NCBI GenBank assembly: GCA_053919585.1
Contig: CM132783.1
Length of the DNA: 64,000 bases
Origin: Euprymna scolopes
Taxonomy: Eukaryota
Strand: one strand, 5' to 3'
The translations under genes were made by a program, and so were the position numbers. Shown piece after piece: positions 1-11,414 of this stretch. The notes under the pieces are model-generated. The model made no database searches and was not told where the DNA came from. It saw nothing but the letters and a program-made list of their open reading frames with translations. Position 1 is the stretch's first letter, and each line of letters starts with the position of its first letter.

Positions 1-1456
1 TTAAACCCAAAAACGCTTTTTCTACCTTCACACACTTATAGTGTAACTCCTATAAAAAACAATGAAACTAATGTTGCCTTAGTCGGTTATGTAACGACTA
101 CAATGCCATGCCGCTTTACATGCATAATACAGAATCAGGTGGATTATCACAACATTAAAGATAACAACTGATCGCGAACGAAGTTAGATATTTTCTTGTC
201 AAAATTACTAAAAGTAAACCCAACGAAAACACCGTAAGAATTTTAAGTTCTTGAAGTCATATTAAGGGAAACGCAAAAATAAATCCTTTACTCAAGTAAC
301 ATTCAAATGCAGACGAAACATGTAAAGTCGTGTCATAAATGCCCCCCGCGCTACCTAACGAACTCCTATATCCAAAACTGGGTACATTATCTTTCTGGTG
401 CAGCTGACCGCTAATAACTGGCACGCATTTTCCGTTGTACTACATACAAAAACATACCAGCCCCATCGCAATAATAGTCACACAGTTCTCATGAAGATGT
501 ATTTCATTAAAGAGGAAAAACAACACTGCGGCCAATATCAAACTACACACATAACTTATATGATATTGTCGATCAACACATTTAATAGGACATCAGAAAG
601 AATTGAGAAAATAAAAAATGACTCATTAAATGGAATCTCTCTGTTGTCTTAAAGAATGACACAAAGCTAGTGCACATTCAACAAGAGATCTCCTTATTAA
701 CACAAATTAAAATAGAGTTGTCAGTACAATAAATATATGGAACTGGCGGCCGGCGTAAGAATGAAAGGATCTGGTTTTAACTGATGTGTGTTATTTGACA
801 GCGTCATCTAGCGGAAACCACTAGTTATTGTTTACAGCACTGGGGTTACATGCGATTAGTGTTTGTTAAGGGAAATCACTTCCAAGTAATTGCGGCTACT
901 AGTGTACAGGGGTTACTCTGAAACTAGTAGTCACTAGCGACTATCACTATATTCGACATTGATTGGACTGCTATAAACTAAAAACAGGCCTTGTTGAGTA
1001 CGGGATATGATCACTGGAGGTGAGTAATGTTTTGAGGCAATTACTTGAATTCACATGCGTTTTCATTGGAAACTCGCAGCTTTCCAACTGTCATTGGCGA
1101 TTCCCGGTTTTCACTGACTGCTATGACGTGTGGATTGATTGGAAATGGAATTTAGGCGGGAACATGCATACTTACCCCAAATTTACTTCTCTATATGGGG
1201 CCGCCGACTAGTATGAGATCGCACTGTCTCACACAAATAAAAGAAAATTGTTGTCTTATATTAATGTGTCTAATTATTACTTGGGGGATACTACAAAAAA
1301 ATGTTGTCATTGTAAATTACTTCAAGTTTTCAGGAAGATTGATAATGAGGTTAACGTTTTTAATGTCCCGTCTTGATAGCTATTAGTTTCAGCGGGAGCT
1401 GGCAGATAATCCAGTGCTTCAATTGAGAGTCACTGTAATAAGGCTGCGGTCACCGC

Positions 1457-1542
<86 letters not shown>
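1457..1542. repeat. (TA)n microsatellite
   Basis: Near-pure TA run. Similar runs occur at about 1747, 4032, 5203, 7100, 8002, 13842, 14296, 28638, 32372, 41391, 44651, 46823, 47600, 47931 and 52359. Confidence 0.98.
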
Positions 1543-1545
<3 letters not shown>

Positions 1546-1746
1546 CTCCGAGGATTTTATGCTGATTTTTTCCCGTTATTCTACTGTTTTTTTTTATTAG
1601 TAATATCTAAACACCCGGATTGTTTCGTCCGTTGTGATAAGTGGTATGCTGTATTTAACCCCTCATTGAAGCATTCAGGTAACCACATATAAATCGAATA
1701 GTATCTAACTTAATCATTGTGAATTGGTATTGCGTGAAATTCTGAT

Positions 1747-1785
<39 letters not shown>

Positions 1786-2643
1786 ATATATATATAGATA
1801 GATAGATAGATAGATAGATAGACATATTAAAAATCAAAATGGAAATTTTCTTATTTTCATCTCAGTAAAATATTTCAGTTTACTCTTTAATCACTAATTT
1901 CGAGTATTTTTTATTTAATTAACATTTTACGGATATCATTTTTTCATTGTATGACAGTGCTCTTAAAAGACCACTGTCGTACAATCTTTAAATTTCCATG
2001 TAGCTTCGTCCAATAAAACCACAGATACAGNNNNNNNNNNNNNNNNNNNNNNNNNNNNNNNNNNNNNNNNNNNNNNNNNNNNNNNNNNNNNNNNNNNNNN
2101 NNNNNNNNNNNNNNNNNNNNNNNNNNNNNNNNNNNNNNNNNNNNNNNNNNNNNNNNNNNNNNNNNNNNNNNNNNNNNNNNTCATCTTTATCTAAATTTAC
2201 AACGAAGAAACTGACATGGCCAACGTTAGGCAGGAGAAATTCATTTGGAATTTAAACATTTATTTTTAAATTTAATGAAGGTGGTAGTGTTCTAATTATT
2301 ATGACATCATGATTTACATGTGTAAGCTTACGAGCAAAGCTTATTTTTATGTGTCCGTAATTCAACACTATCTTGCTAATAATACTATGAATATTTAATA
2401 AGATCAATAGGTATATTTCTTCTAGAGCTCGATCCATATTTGATTATGAATATAAATAATTATAAATTAGTAATCAGTTTTAATAAGATAGCATATAAAA
2501 TCAACTTAAGTTTACGATCGTTTTTGAAAAGATATTCATGTTATTTATAATTGCAGATACACATTGTGAATAACTGTATTCGAATATTTATCTTCTCATC
2601 AACACAAAATAGAATAAATTAAAGACAACAAAATAAAACTAGC

Positions 2644-2842
2644 ATTTTGTAATAAGATTAGTCGATTGTACTTATTTAGATTCATTAAGACATTTGTTTT
2701 AAGTTGTTTGGTAAATTTTATGTGCATTCTACCGTGTTTCGAGCCCAAAACACGGAAGAATGAACACCAAATTTAGTGAACACTTCAAAAAAATTTTATA
2801 ATGAATCTCAATAAGGACCATACACCGTACTTACTCCAAAAT
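2644..2842. repeat. imperfect palindrome / MITE-like foldback
   Basis: CTTATTTAGATTCATTA...TTCTACCGTGTTT mirrors AAACACGGAAGAA...TAATGAATCTCAATAAG, centred near 2743. Confidence 0.6.
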
Positions 2843-3824
2843 GTGTGTAATTTATAAACAATTAACGAATGCAAGAAAGCGTGCCTTCAAAACGTTGAAA
2901 CTTCAACACATGTTAACACTAATAATAATGTAAAAATTTCATTCAAATTTTGAAAAATAGAAAGAAACATAGTTACTCATTTTTGCGCATATAAAACGTT
3001 ATATGCCTAAATTTTTAAATGGAGTGTTTGAATATCTAAAATATGTACTTCATACGACAGGATGAAACAATAGTGTTTGTGGGTATAAAAATTATTATTG
3101 TAACAATTATGCCAGCCGATTTAAGAAACTCGATTTTTATTAGAGCCACTTTTAAGTTAAAATAGAAAGCCGGTCACCTAAGCTCGAATGAAGAGATCAT
3201 AATATGCAGATGTAAGCGGATGTTAACCATAAAAAAAAATAAATGTTAATACTTCAACAATATTGCTCGCTGTTAAGATTGGTCGTGAGATTAGTGCTTT
3301 GCTAATGGAATTAAAGATGACTTCCTGGCCGGTTTCGAATCACCTTAATGGCGTTGATCCTTTCATCCTGCAGTGATGATTTTAGAAAACATGAAGCAAT
3401 AGCGTATGTAGAATGTAAAAACAAAAAATAGTTTAATAATTACGTCAGCATTTTAAGAAACTCGGTTCATATTCTTGCGCCACTTAAAAGTTAAAGTAGA
3501 ATGTTGGGCATCTAGACTCGCATGATTAGTGATTATCCTGTCAATCTGCACTGATTTTTCCCACAAACATGAAACACTTGTTTCTCTAGGTATTTTAAAA
3601 CTTNNNNNNNNNNNNNNNNNNNNNNNNNNNNNNNNNNNNNNNNNNNNNNNNNNNNNNNNNNNNNNNNNNNNNNNNNNNNNNNNNNNNNNNNNNNNNNNNN
3701 NNNNNNNNNNNNNNNNNNNNNNNNNNNNNNNNNNNNAGAAGTGCATGCTATGAAACAACATGTGTCTACAAAAGAGTGCTCAATGAGTGAACAGAGCAGG
3801 TATATTAAGTTTATTTATACAAAC

Positions 3825-3898
3825 ATCAATGGCTACATATGTGCATACATGTTTCTGCAATCACCCGCGTTGGGGGACTACGTCTTCAGGCCAATAAT
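3825..3898 (-). ncRNA. type I hammerhead ribozyme (left arm)
   Basis: Minus strand reads AUUAUUGGC-CUGAAGA-C GUAGUC CCCC AACGC GGGU GAUUGC A-GAAAC AUGU AUGCAC AUAU GUA|GCCAUUGAU. Stems I, II and III pair and the GUA triplet is present. The stem II closing pair is C.A. Confidence 0.8.
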
Positions 3899-3932
3899 TA
3901 CCGTCGAAACCTCTCGAAGAGTTTTCGATGGT

Positions 3933-4010
3933 AACACTTGGCTTGAAGACGTAGTACCCCAACGCGGGTGATTGTAGAAACATGTATGCACATATGTAGC
4001 CATTGATGTT
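3933..4010 (+). ncRNA. type I hammerhead ribozyme variant (right arm, C3->U)
   Basis: UGGC-UUGAAGA...GAAAC AUGU AUGCAC AUAU GUA|GCCA; mirror of the left-arm copy. Confidence 0.65.
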
Positions 4011-4027
4011 TGTATAAATAAATTTTA

Positions 4028-4072
<45 letters not shown>

Positions 4073-4149
4073 TATATATACACACTTTTACCTTGTTATA
4101 ACGTTTTTTCTTGTTGTTTTTTGCATAACGTGGTGTGTATGTTTCTCAC

Positions 4150-4508
4150 AGAAATTTACTTTTTTTAACTGTAAATTTTTACTCCTATTATTACCACTTT
4201 AGATTCATTATTTTTAGCTGAAATTATTTAGTTAGATCCCGGTCCAAGGAACCTATATATAAAATTTCAGGTCTTTACACCCCAAATTGGCGGGGGAATT
4301 TGGTAGAGTTCGCAAAGATAAAATCGTTTAACTCTTACCCCTTACTAGCCAAATGTCTGGACGAAAATGGATTAAAAAGATTTTCCCAAATCTCAGTACC
4401 CTGTGTATCAAATTTTGAGTCTGTAAACTTTAAATGGGCAGAGTTATTGCGTAGGAAATTGTACACATACAGAGATACACACAGTTACGTTAATTTTATA
4501 GATATCTA
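4150..4508 (-). mobile_element. non-autonomous Helitron-like repeat, inverted partial copy of the 5355-6400 units
   Basis: Its reverse complement matches the unit sequence (TATCTATAAAA..AACG..GCAATAACTC..GTACTGAGATTTGGG). Confidence 0.75.
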
Positions 4509-5018
4509 TCTATACTCCTATAAATTCGGGTTTCTTTTGTGTGTATCGATATTCATATTAAACCCCGCTTTTCTATTTATTCAAATTTTCTTACATTTTT
4601 GTTGTAGAGTGCTTCACGAGCAAACGATCTAGTTAATTTGCATATTCTTTAAAACATTAATTTTAATTAATTCCCCATTAGTTGCTTGGGTTTTTTAATG
4701 GTATAATAATCTTTAGTTAACTATTACTTGTAATTATATTCATGTAGATATTCTACGTGATTTATACTTGCATAATATTTGCGAAAAAAGTTCATCGTAA
4801 ACACAATATTGTTTCCACATATATTTATGTATACGTACATATTTTTGTTAAACAAATCTATTTATCTATATATTTATCTATCTATATTTTGTTTTTCAAG
4901 CGATACATATGGTTAATATTGGCTCCGCCTCGAAGCTCATTTTTTTTTATTTACTTAGAAAGTCGCCTTTTTTAATTTGTTTGGACGTATATAACATTTT
5001 TATTTATTTATTATTTTT

Positions 5019-5150
5019 AAAACAGTAATATACGTACACGCGTGTTTCGAGGGCATTACCTCTCGTCAGCGTATTTCAACTGTTTCTAGTGATCGAACCT
5101 CAGACCATGTTTACGACAGCCCGGTGCCTTAACCGTTAGGTCATAATCCC
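5019..5150 (-). mobile_element. tRNA-headed SINE/retrozyme-like element with 3' hammerhead
   Basis: GGGATTA start at 5150, A box TGACCTAACGG, B box GGTTCGATCAC, then the HHR, then TTTT (5022-5019) and an A-rich tail. Confidence 0.7.
5030..5074 (-). ncRNA. complete minimal type I hammerhead ribozyme
   Basis: AUACG-CUGACGA-GAGG UAAUGC CCUC-GAAAC AC GC GU GUA|CGUAU. All core nucleotides are canonical, stem I is 5 bp, stem II is 4 bp and stem III is palindromic (ACACGCGUGU). Predicted cleavage is between 5035 and 5034. Confidence 0.9.
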
Positions 5151-5194
5151 TAGATTTATTATACTGTGTATTTTTATCGCTTATATCTATACAT

Positions 5195-5278
<84 letters not shown>

Positions 5279-5354
5279 ATGTATAGATATAAGCGATAAA
5301 AATACACAGTATAATAAATCTAGGGATTATGACCTAAGGTTAAGGTTAAGGTTT

Positions 5355-6400
5355 ATATATATATAAAGAGAAAGTGTCAGTGTGTGTGTTTCTATGTACA
5401 TTTCCTTACGCGATAACTCTTTCAATTGTAAGCCTAAAAATTCGAAATTTGATATTAAGTGTACTGAGATTTGGGAACATAGATGTGATTGGTTTTCGGA
5501 CAAAAATTTAGCGATTACGGGGTAAAGGTTCAACGATTTAACCTTTGGGAACTCTACCAAACTCCTCCGACAATTTAGGGTCCAAACCCTTGAGATTTTT
5601 TATATAGATTCCATCGACGTGGATCTAACTTAATAACCTCATGTTGAGCCGTAAACAATGCATTTTAAGGGGTCATAATCGGGGTCAATTTAAAAAAATT
5701 GACCTTTTTTTTGCTCAGCATACACCTCCAAACCCCCGGGCAACGCTGGGCACACATGTTAGTCTTTCTATGTATCTATAAAAGTGAACGTGTTTGTGTG
5801 TGTCTGTGTTAATTTCCCATGCAATAACTCTGTCAATGTTTAGTCTATAGACTCGAAAGTTGATATACATGGTACTGAGATTTGGGAAAAGCGATGTAAT
5901 CTATTTCAGCCAGACATGTGGCTTTTAAAAGGTCAGGGTTCAACGATTTGACATTTGAGAACTTTACCAAACTCCCCTGGCAATTTTGCGTCTAAAGACT
6001 TGAAATTTTAGATATAGGTTCATTGGACATGGACCTTACATAATAACTTCATTTGAGTCCAAAAAAATAAATTTTAAGGGGTCAAAGTTTAAAAAAAAAA
6101 TTTAATTCTTTTTTTTTTTTTGCTCATCGTAGATCACCAAATACACGAGCAACGCCGGACACCACTGCTAGTATATCTACAAAAGTGAACGTATCTGAGT
6201 ATCTGTCTGTCTGCCCGTCTGTGTGTCTGTGTACATTTCCTTACGCAATAACTTTGTCAATTTAAAGTCTACAGACTCGAAATTTGATATACAGTTTACT
6301 GAGATTTGGGAAAATCGAGTTGATCGGTTGTCGACCAGAAATTTTGCTGGTAAGGGGTCGAAGTTAAAAATTTGACTTTTGAGAATTTTTCCAAACTCTT
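5355..6400 (+). mobile_element. head-to-tail array of ~410-bp non-autonomous Helitron-like units (2 complete + 1 truncated)
   Basis: Units end in the hairpin CCCGGGCAACGCTGGG..TTAG (5735-5762) and GAGCAACGCCGG..CTAG (6168-6171). The next unit starts TC/TATCTA-AAAAGTGAACG. Confidence 0.75.
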
Positions 6401-6925
6401 TACCTACAAATATATTAATGTATATATGTACGTTTGAATATCTGCCTAAAACTTTCGACAGAGGCAGCGGATTTTCACACGATCAGTATCGTTTTTAAGC
6501 TCGACCATTCAGACGACAAATACCGAAATATTGGCTAAAAACATTAATTTTTCACCCTCGAGTGAGATCTTTTCTACAGGGAGGTGTCGCTTTTTTCGCC
6601 GATACTTTCGAAAGGCATCCCCTCTTTTTTATTGTTTAGCTTTAATTTTTACTTACGTCACTTCCAGTTTGACGGTGATCTCAACAATGGTCCTTTTGTT
6701 TATATTCTAGTCACCATGTGTTAGACTCCGCAGCCCTGTCGTTAGATATAGATAACTTAATTGTCTACAAACACACATAATAGGTCCAAAAATATGGAGC
6801 GACTAGAATATAAACCCAGGGCAGATAACCTCTCCATTTAAAGCACTATGTGAGTGAAAATAAAATAAAATAGAATCGCTTATAGAAAAACAAAACAATC
6901 TTACATTCAAATGTGATAAACAAAC

Positions 6926-7036
6926 CCGTGCTTGGCTCGGTGTTAAGACACCAGGGTACGTAAAGGACTGTGGTGAGTTTGAGTCTCAATAAGTTTAGCT
7001 ATACTGAGGAGATGTAAAACATGCCATGTTTATAGT
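6926..7036 (+). mobile_element. diverged tRNA-head + decayed hammerhead copy
   Basis: A-box-like TGGCTCGGTG and B-box-like GAGTTTGAGTCTC, then GCUAUA-CUGAGGA-(stem II lost)-AAAAC AUG C CAU GUU|UAUAGU. Confidence 0.55.
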
Positions 7037-7096
7037 TAACTTCATTTTATGTACGCAGAATCTATTTAAATAAAGTTTTTAAATATAAATTAATTA

Positions 7097-7143
<47 letters not shown>

Positions 7144-7358
7144 ACATATATATGCGTAATTAATTTATATATATATACTTAATTNNNNNNNNNNNNNNNN
7201 NNNNNNNNNNNNNNNNNNNNNNNNNNNNNNNNNNNNNNNNNNNNNNNNNNNNNNNNNNNNNNNNNNNNNNNNNNNNNNNNNNNNNNNNNNNNNNNNNNNN
7301 NNNNNNNNNNNNNNNNNNNNNNNNNNNNNNNNNNNNNNATTATATATATATACATATA

Positions 7359-7392
<34 letters not shown>

Positions 7393-7997
7393 TATATTTA
7401 TATACATATATCGATATATAATAAAGCACACACATATGTGTGTGGGGTATGGGGGGTGTAAAATGCATATTTCGTACGTAAAAGCCAAATATGCGTGCCT
7501 GTTTCTTGGTAAATATGAGCAACTACAAATTTTAAATTTGCTATGGGCGAACTGCAATACATTGTATGCAGTTTTTCTAATTAGCTGCCAAGTTTCACTG
7601 ATTAAGATTGTTTAATTTTATCACTTAACATTAATCGAATATTATTTAATCTTTTTTTTTTTGCATTTGCAATAGAAGTAATAATGCCATACTAGTTTTC
7701 CTTATAATTTTCTTCAACAATGCTTCAAGCAAAGGACAACCTACTTATATCCCTCAGTCTCGGCCAGCCAGAGTTTGCACTCATGAAGAACACTCTTCCG
7801 CTGTCTTCTCTTGAAAAAGGACTAATAAGTCCGAAATATATTAAGATTTATAACACCATTGGATACAACAGGAAAAAAAACTACTGTTGTTTAGAGTTGA
7901 AATAATTTTACTCTATATAAAAAAAAATCTCGCATTGTTCTTTGCTTTAATTTCACCTTATAATTTTCTTCAACAATGCTTCAACCAAACGTCAACC

Positions 7998-8070
<73 letters not shown>

Positions 8071-9049
8071 AGTAACTCTCCATCATTATTATCATAACGC
8101 CTACATTGGTGTAAGATGAAAATTAGGAAGTTTACTTTTTCCATCGATTGTTGAGAAGTAATGATGCAGTCAAGCATTAAATATCGTGAGTTCACGGTAA
8201 ATATTTATAGACCTAAGGCTTAAATTGGAACATATGGTAAATTAATCACTAGGTCGACTTTTCGGCTTCATTTCAATTTGGTTTTACTTTCATATAGGTA
8301 ATCGTGTTGGACAAAAAATGTGTTTCCTCTCATGTGATCACCAAATACACTTTCTAAAATAATATTATAAAACTATCACATCTCTCGGTCCATTTAACCG
8401 ACACCCGCNNNNNNNNNNNNNNNNNNNNNNNNNNNNNNNNNNNNNNNNNNNNNNNNNNNNNNNNNNNNNNNNNNNNNNNNNNNNNNNNNNNNNNNNNNNN
8501 NNNNNNNNNNNNNNNNNNNNNNNNNNNNNNNNNNNNNNNNNNNNNNNNNNNNTAAATAGATAGATANNNNNNNNNNNNNNNNNNNNNNNNNNNNNNNNNN
8601 NNNNNNNNNNNNNNNNNNNNNNNNNNNNNNNNNNNNNNNNNNNNNNNNNNNNNNNNNNNNNNNNNNNNNNNNNNNNNNNNNNNNNNNNNNNNNNNNNNNN
8701 NNNNNNNNNNNNNNNNNNNNNNNNNNNNNNNNNNNNNNNNNNNNNNNNNNNNNNNNNNNNNNNNNNNNNNNNNNNNNNNNNNNNNNNNNNNNNNNNGGCA
8801 CTTTTTTTTCTTTTTTAAAAAACAAAATTTAAAGCAACATTGAATGTAACACTTAAAAAAAAAACTGTACCTCATTTGCTTTTTTTTTATCTATCTTTAA
8901 TTTCACATTTTTATTTTACTTTTAATTGAAGTGTTTTACTGTTCACGTAAATTAAAAAAAAAAACTCCAAATCAGGAATGCCAAAAAATCCCAGCACGAT
9001 GGAAAATTGTTATTTCAATATATTTTTAGAACATTAATGCAACACAAAT

Positions 9050-9490
9050 ATCACAGGAACTCATTGAACTAATACATACTTAATAGCACATATATTTCGC
9101 AAACTTACAGCCTGCAATCTTTAGGCATTCCTTGAGTTAATCTTCAGCATGAAGCCGGTGAAAAGCAACGCACTTCTTTATTTTTGTTCATAGTTCTGCC
9201 GGATATGTATTGTTATATTGCGAACTTTGCTTGATATAATTCCATAATATTTCGATAGGGTTGACGTATGTATATTGTGCAGACAGATCCAAACATGGAA
9301 GAGTATTCACTTTAAGGATTGTCTTGACATTATGATTCTAATTCCGGCCAAAGCAAGTTGAAAACATATTAATCAATTCGACATTGACAGTGGATGATAG
9401 GCCATAGAAAATTAGCATAAATATTACTCCACACTAAAGCTGAACGTTCACTACCTTCAAGCGTTTAATGTGTTCACTTATGTATTGAAT
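9050..9490 (-). mobile_element. Tc1/mariner transposase C-terminal remnant
   Basis: Translation LDLSAQYTYVNPIEILW resembles the Tc1 motif WPxQSPDLNPIENLW. Confidence 0.5.
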
Positions 9491-9499
9491 TCCTCGTTG

Positions 9500-11115
9500 T
9501 TTTTTATCGACGAGCGTACTGCCTAGTATAACTGCCTTGCGTATTCAAATTGCTTTCTCGCCCAAATAAGAGATGCGAAGGATTCCTAAGTCCTGTGGAA
9601 CCCGGTTAGTTCAGAGGAGAGCTTGGAAATGGCCAAGTCAACGGTTTAGGATGGATGATTATCCCTTAGAAGCGTCTGGACAGTGGAATGTGGACATGCT
9701 GCGTAGCGCTATACACTTTCTTGAGGGGTTCATGAAAACCTCTGTATTCACCGTCGTCCGTGTACTGCTGAATTCTTACTGCGAGGTTGGCCCACCACTC
9801 GTTCTTTAAGATTTTAAGCTTACACTCAAGGTTGCTGCAGAAGACTACTCACTCCAGCGGAGAGTGCACTGCAAACCTGCATGAATGGCACCTAGCACTT
9901 CAGTTTATAGTAGTTTGCTAAGCTTGTACGTTTTCCTGGGTGTTCCTTCCTTCCTTTGTTAGGGTTTTTAGTGCAGCTGGATTTTGTAACGCAATAGGCC
10001 GTGGTCATTATGGTATTCTACACTGAGAATCACTTCGGTGTGTAAGACATCCCTGGGCTCTATTTGGCGCACTAGAATGTAATATATGAGGTGTCAATGT
10101 CTGGACCGAGGTTTGTCTTTATTCTAACTTTTTTGCTGGAAGATGATGTTTGTGATGACGAGTTGGATCTCTATGCAAAATTTTAGCATAAAAACCCAAT
10201 CTCTGTTGCAGTTGCCAATGCCATGTCTGCCAAGCCCTATTCTGCAGGCAAATGCATCCCGGTCCACTGTGGCTTTAAAGTCCCCAAGGTTTATAAACTT
10301 ACCGGTGCAGGTGTGCGCCGCAGAGCGTAGAACAGAGCTCTGAGTAAAATCTGTTTTTTTTTCTGCAGGTTCAGGTCAAAGAGTAGGTTCGTATACACAC
10401 AGAAACGTAGCAAATTCCTTAATACTTAGCGGGAGACGCATTGATATTTTGCGGTCAGAATTACCAGTGGGAAAACTTTCGAGTGTGGAACCGATGGAGA
10501 TGCTGATCAGGCAGTCGACGCCAGAGAAATGCTACTCCCTGTCAGGTTTGCCATACCAAAATGGGATATATCTGGCGTCGTGTTCCTGAAGGCTGCCACC
10601 CCCAGTGAAGCGAATTTCGCTAAGTGCAGCGATGTCGATATCCAGCCTAGACAGCGCAAGTTCAATCAAAGCGGCGCGACTGCATTGGAACTCGCACGTT
10701 GACCGCGGCAAGCAGACTGGGAGTGACGGAATTGAACTTTGTTAGGCCACATTTTCTAGGTCCCTTTCTTGAGGAGCAAATTAGGATGCTTGATCATTCA
10801 GCGTGCTGCCGCGTTATGTAGTTATCTCTAGGGAAAACAGTATACGACACATATCCATAACCATCTGAATGCAGGATTTGAAACTGCGGCTTCCAGTGAT
10901 CATCATCCATCTGCCGTATTCGCCCCTTTCCCATCGCAAGAGTATCTGGTAAAGTTGGTAACACATATGCGTGGACGTGTCCTTAAGCCTGATCAGTGGA
11001 TTTTTTATGGTAAAGTGCAGTATGCACAGTACTGGCTGTACTTTTTACACCCATACTTCATCCGTCACGGCGCAGTGAGCTGGGACTGTGACTTTCCTTG
11101 CCCTAGCCTCTTATT
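9500..11115 (-). mobile_element. RTE-clade LINE 5' half (5'UTR + APE endonuclease), degenerate
   Basis: Frameshifted translation gives LAAVNVR..ALIELALSRLDIDIAALSEIRF..GDFKA..GRHGIGNCN..LVITN..PRSRH..NDH, typical of RTE/BovB endonuclease. No RT domain remains. Confidence 0.85.
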
Positions 11116-11220
11116 GAACCTTTCATTATATACTACAAACATTAAATAATAAAATTCTGTCCAAGCAACATTATCACATTATCAAATGATATTTTCCTTA
11201 GCCGCGATTACTTAAAACAC

Positions 11221-11265
<45 letters not shown>

Positions 11266-11289
11266 TAATAAGAAGAAGAAGAAGAAGAA
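11221..11289. repeat. (AAT)n-(AAG)n microsatellite
   Basis: Direct inspection. Confidence 0.95.
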
Positions 11290-11296
11290 ATAAAAT

Positions 11297-11323
11297 CTAG
11301 CAGGACCTGTGGAAATTCCACAG
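11297..11323 (-). mobile_element. Helitron-type 3' terminus
   Basis: Perfect 8-bp hairpin CTGTGGAA-T-TTCCACAG, followed 6 nt later by CTAG on the minus strand. Confidence 0.6.
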
Positions 11324-11414
11324 CTACATCTTTCATATGTATTATATATTGCTGATGGATATTCTGTGGGGGTCCAGCCTGAATGAAGAAAGCATTATAT
11401 ATTGTAGCCCTTTT

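Larger units (their letters stand above)
3810..4022. repeat. ~100-bp-arm inverted repeat carrying two hammerhead copies (Penelope pLTR-like foldback)
   Basis: Arms 3810-3914 and 3918-4022 are reverse complements with about 8 mismatches. The element abuts a (TA)n run. Confidence 0.9.

Noticed and set aside
1414-1692. ORFs with YIYIYI or X runs here and elsewhere (e.g. 5086, 7165, 8354, 31498, 43324)
   Set aside because: They arise from (TA)n microsatellites or N-gaps, not from coding sequence.
3318-3373. Hammerhead-like GAUGA..stem..GAAAC on the minus strand (also GAAACAUGUC near 52545)
   Set aside because: The CUGA core or stem I pairing is absent.
5088-5150. Functional tRNA gene
   Set aside because: The anticodon and acceptor stems do not close, so it is treated as a SINE head.
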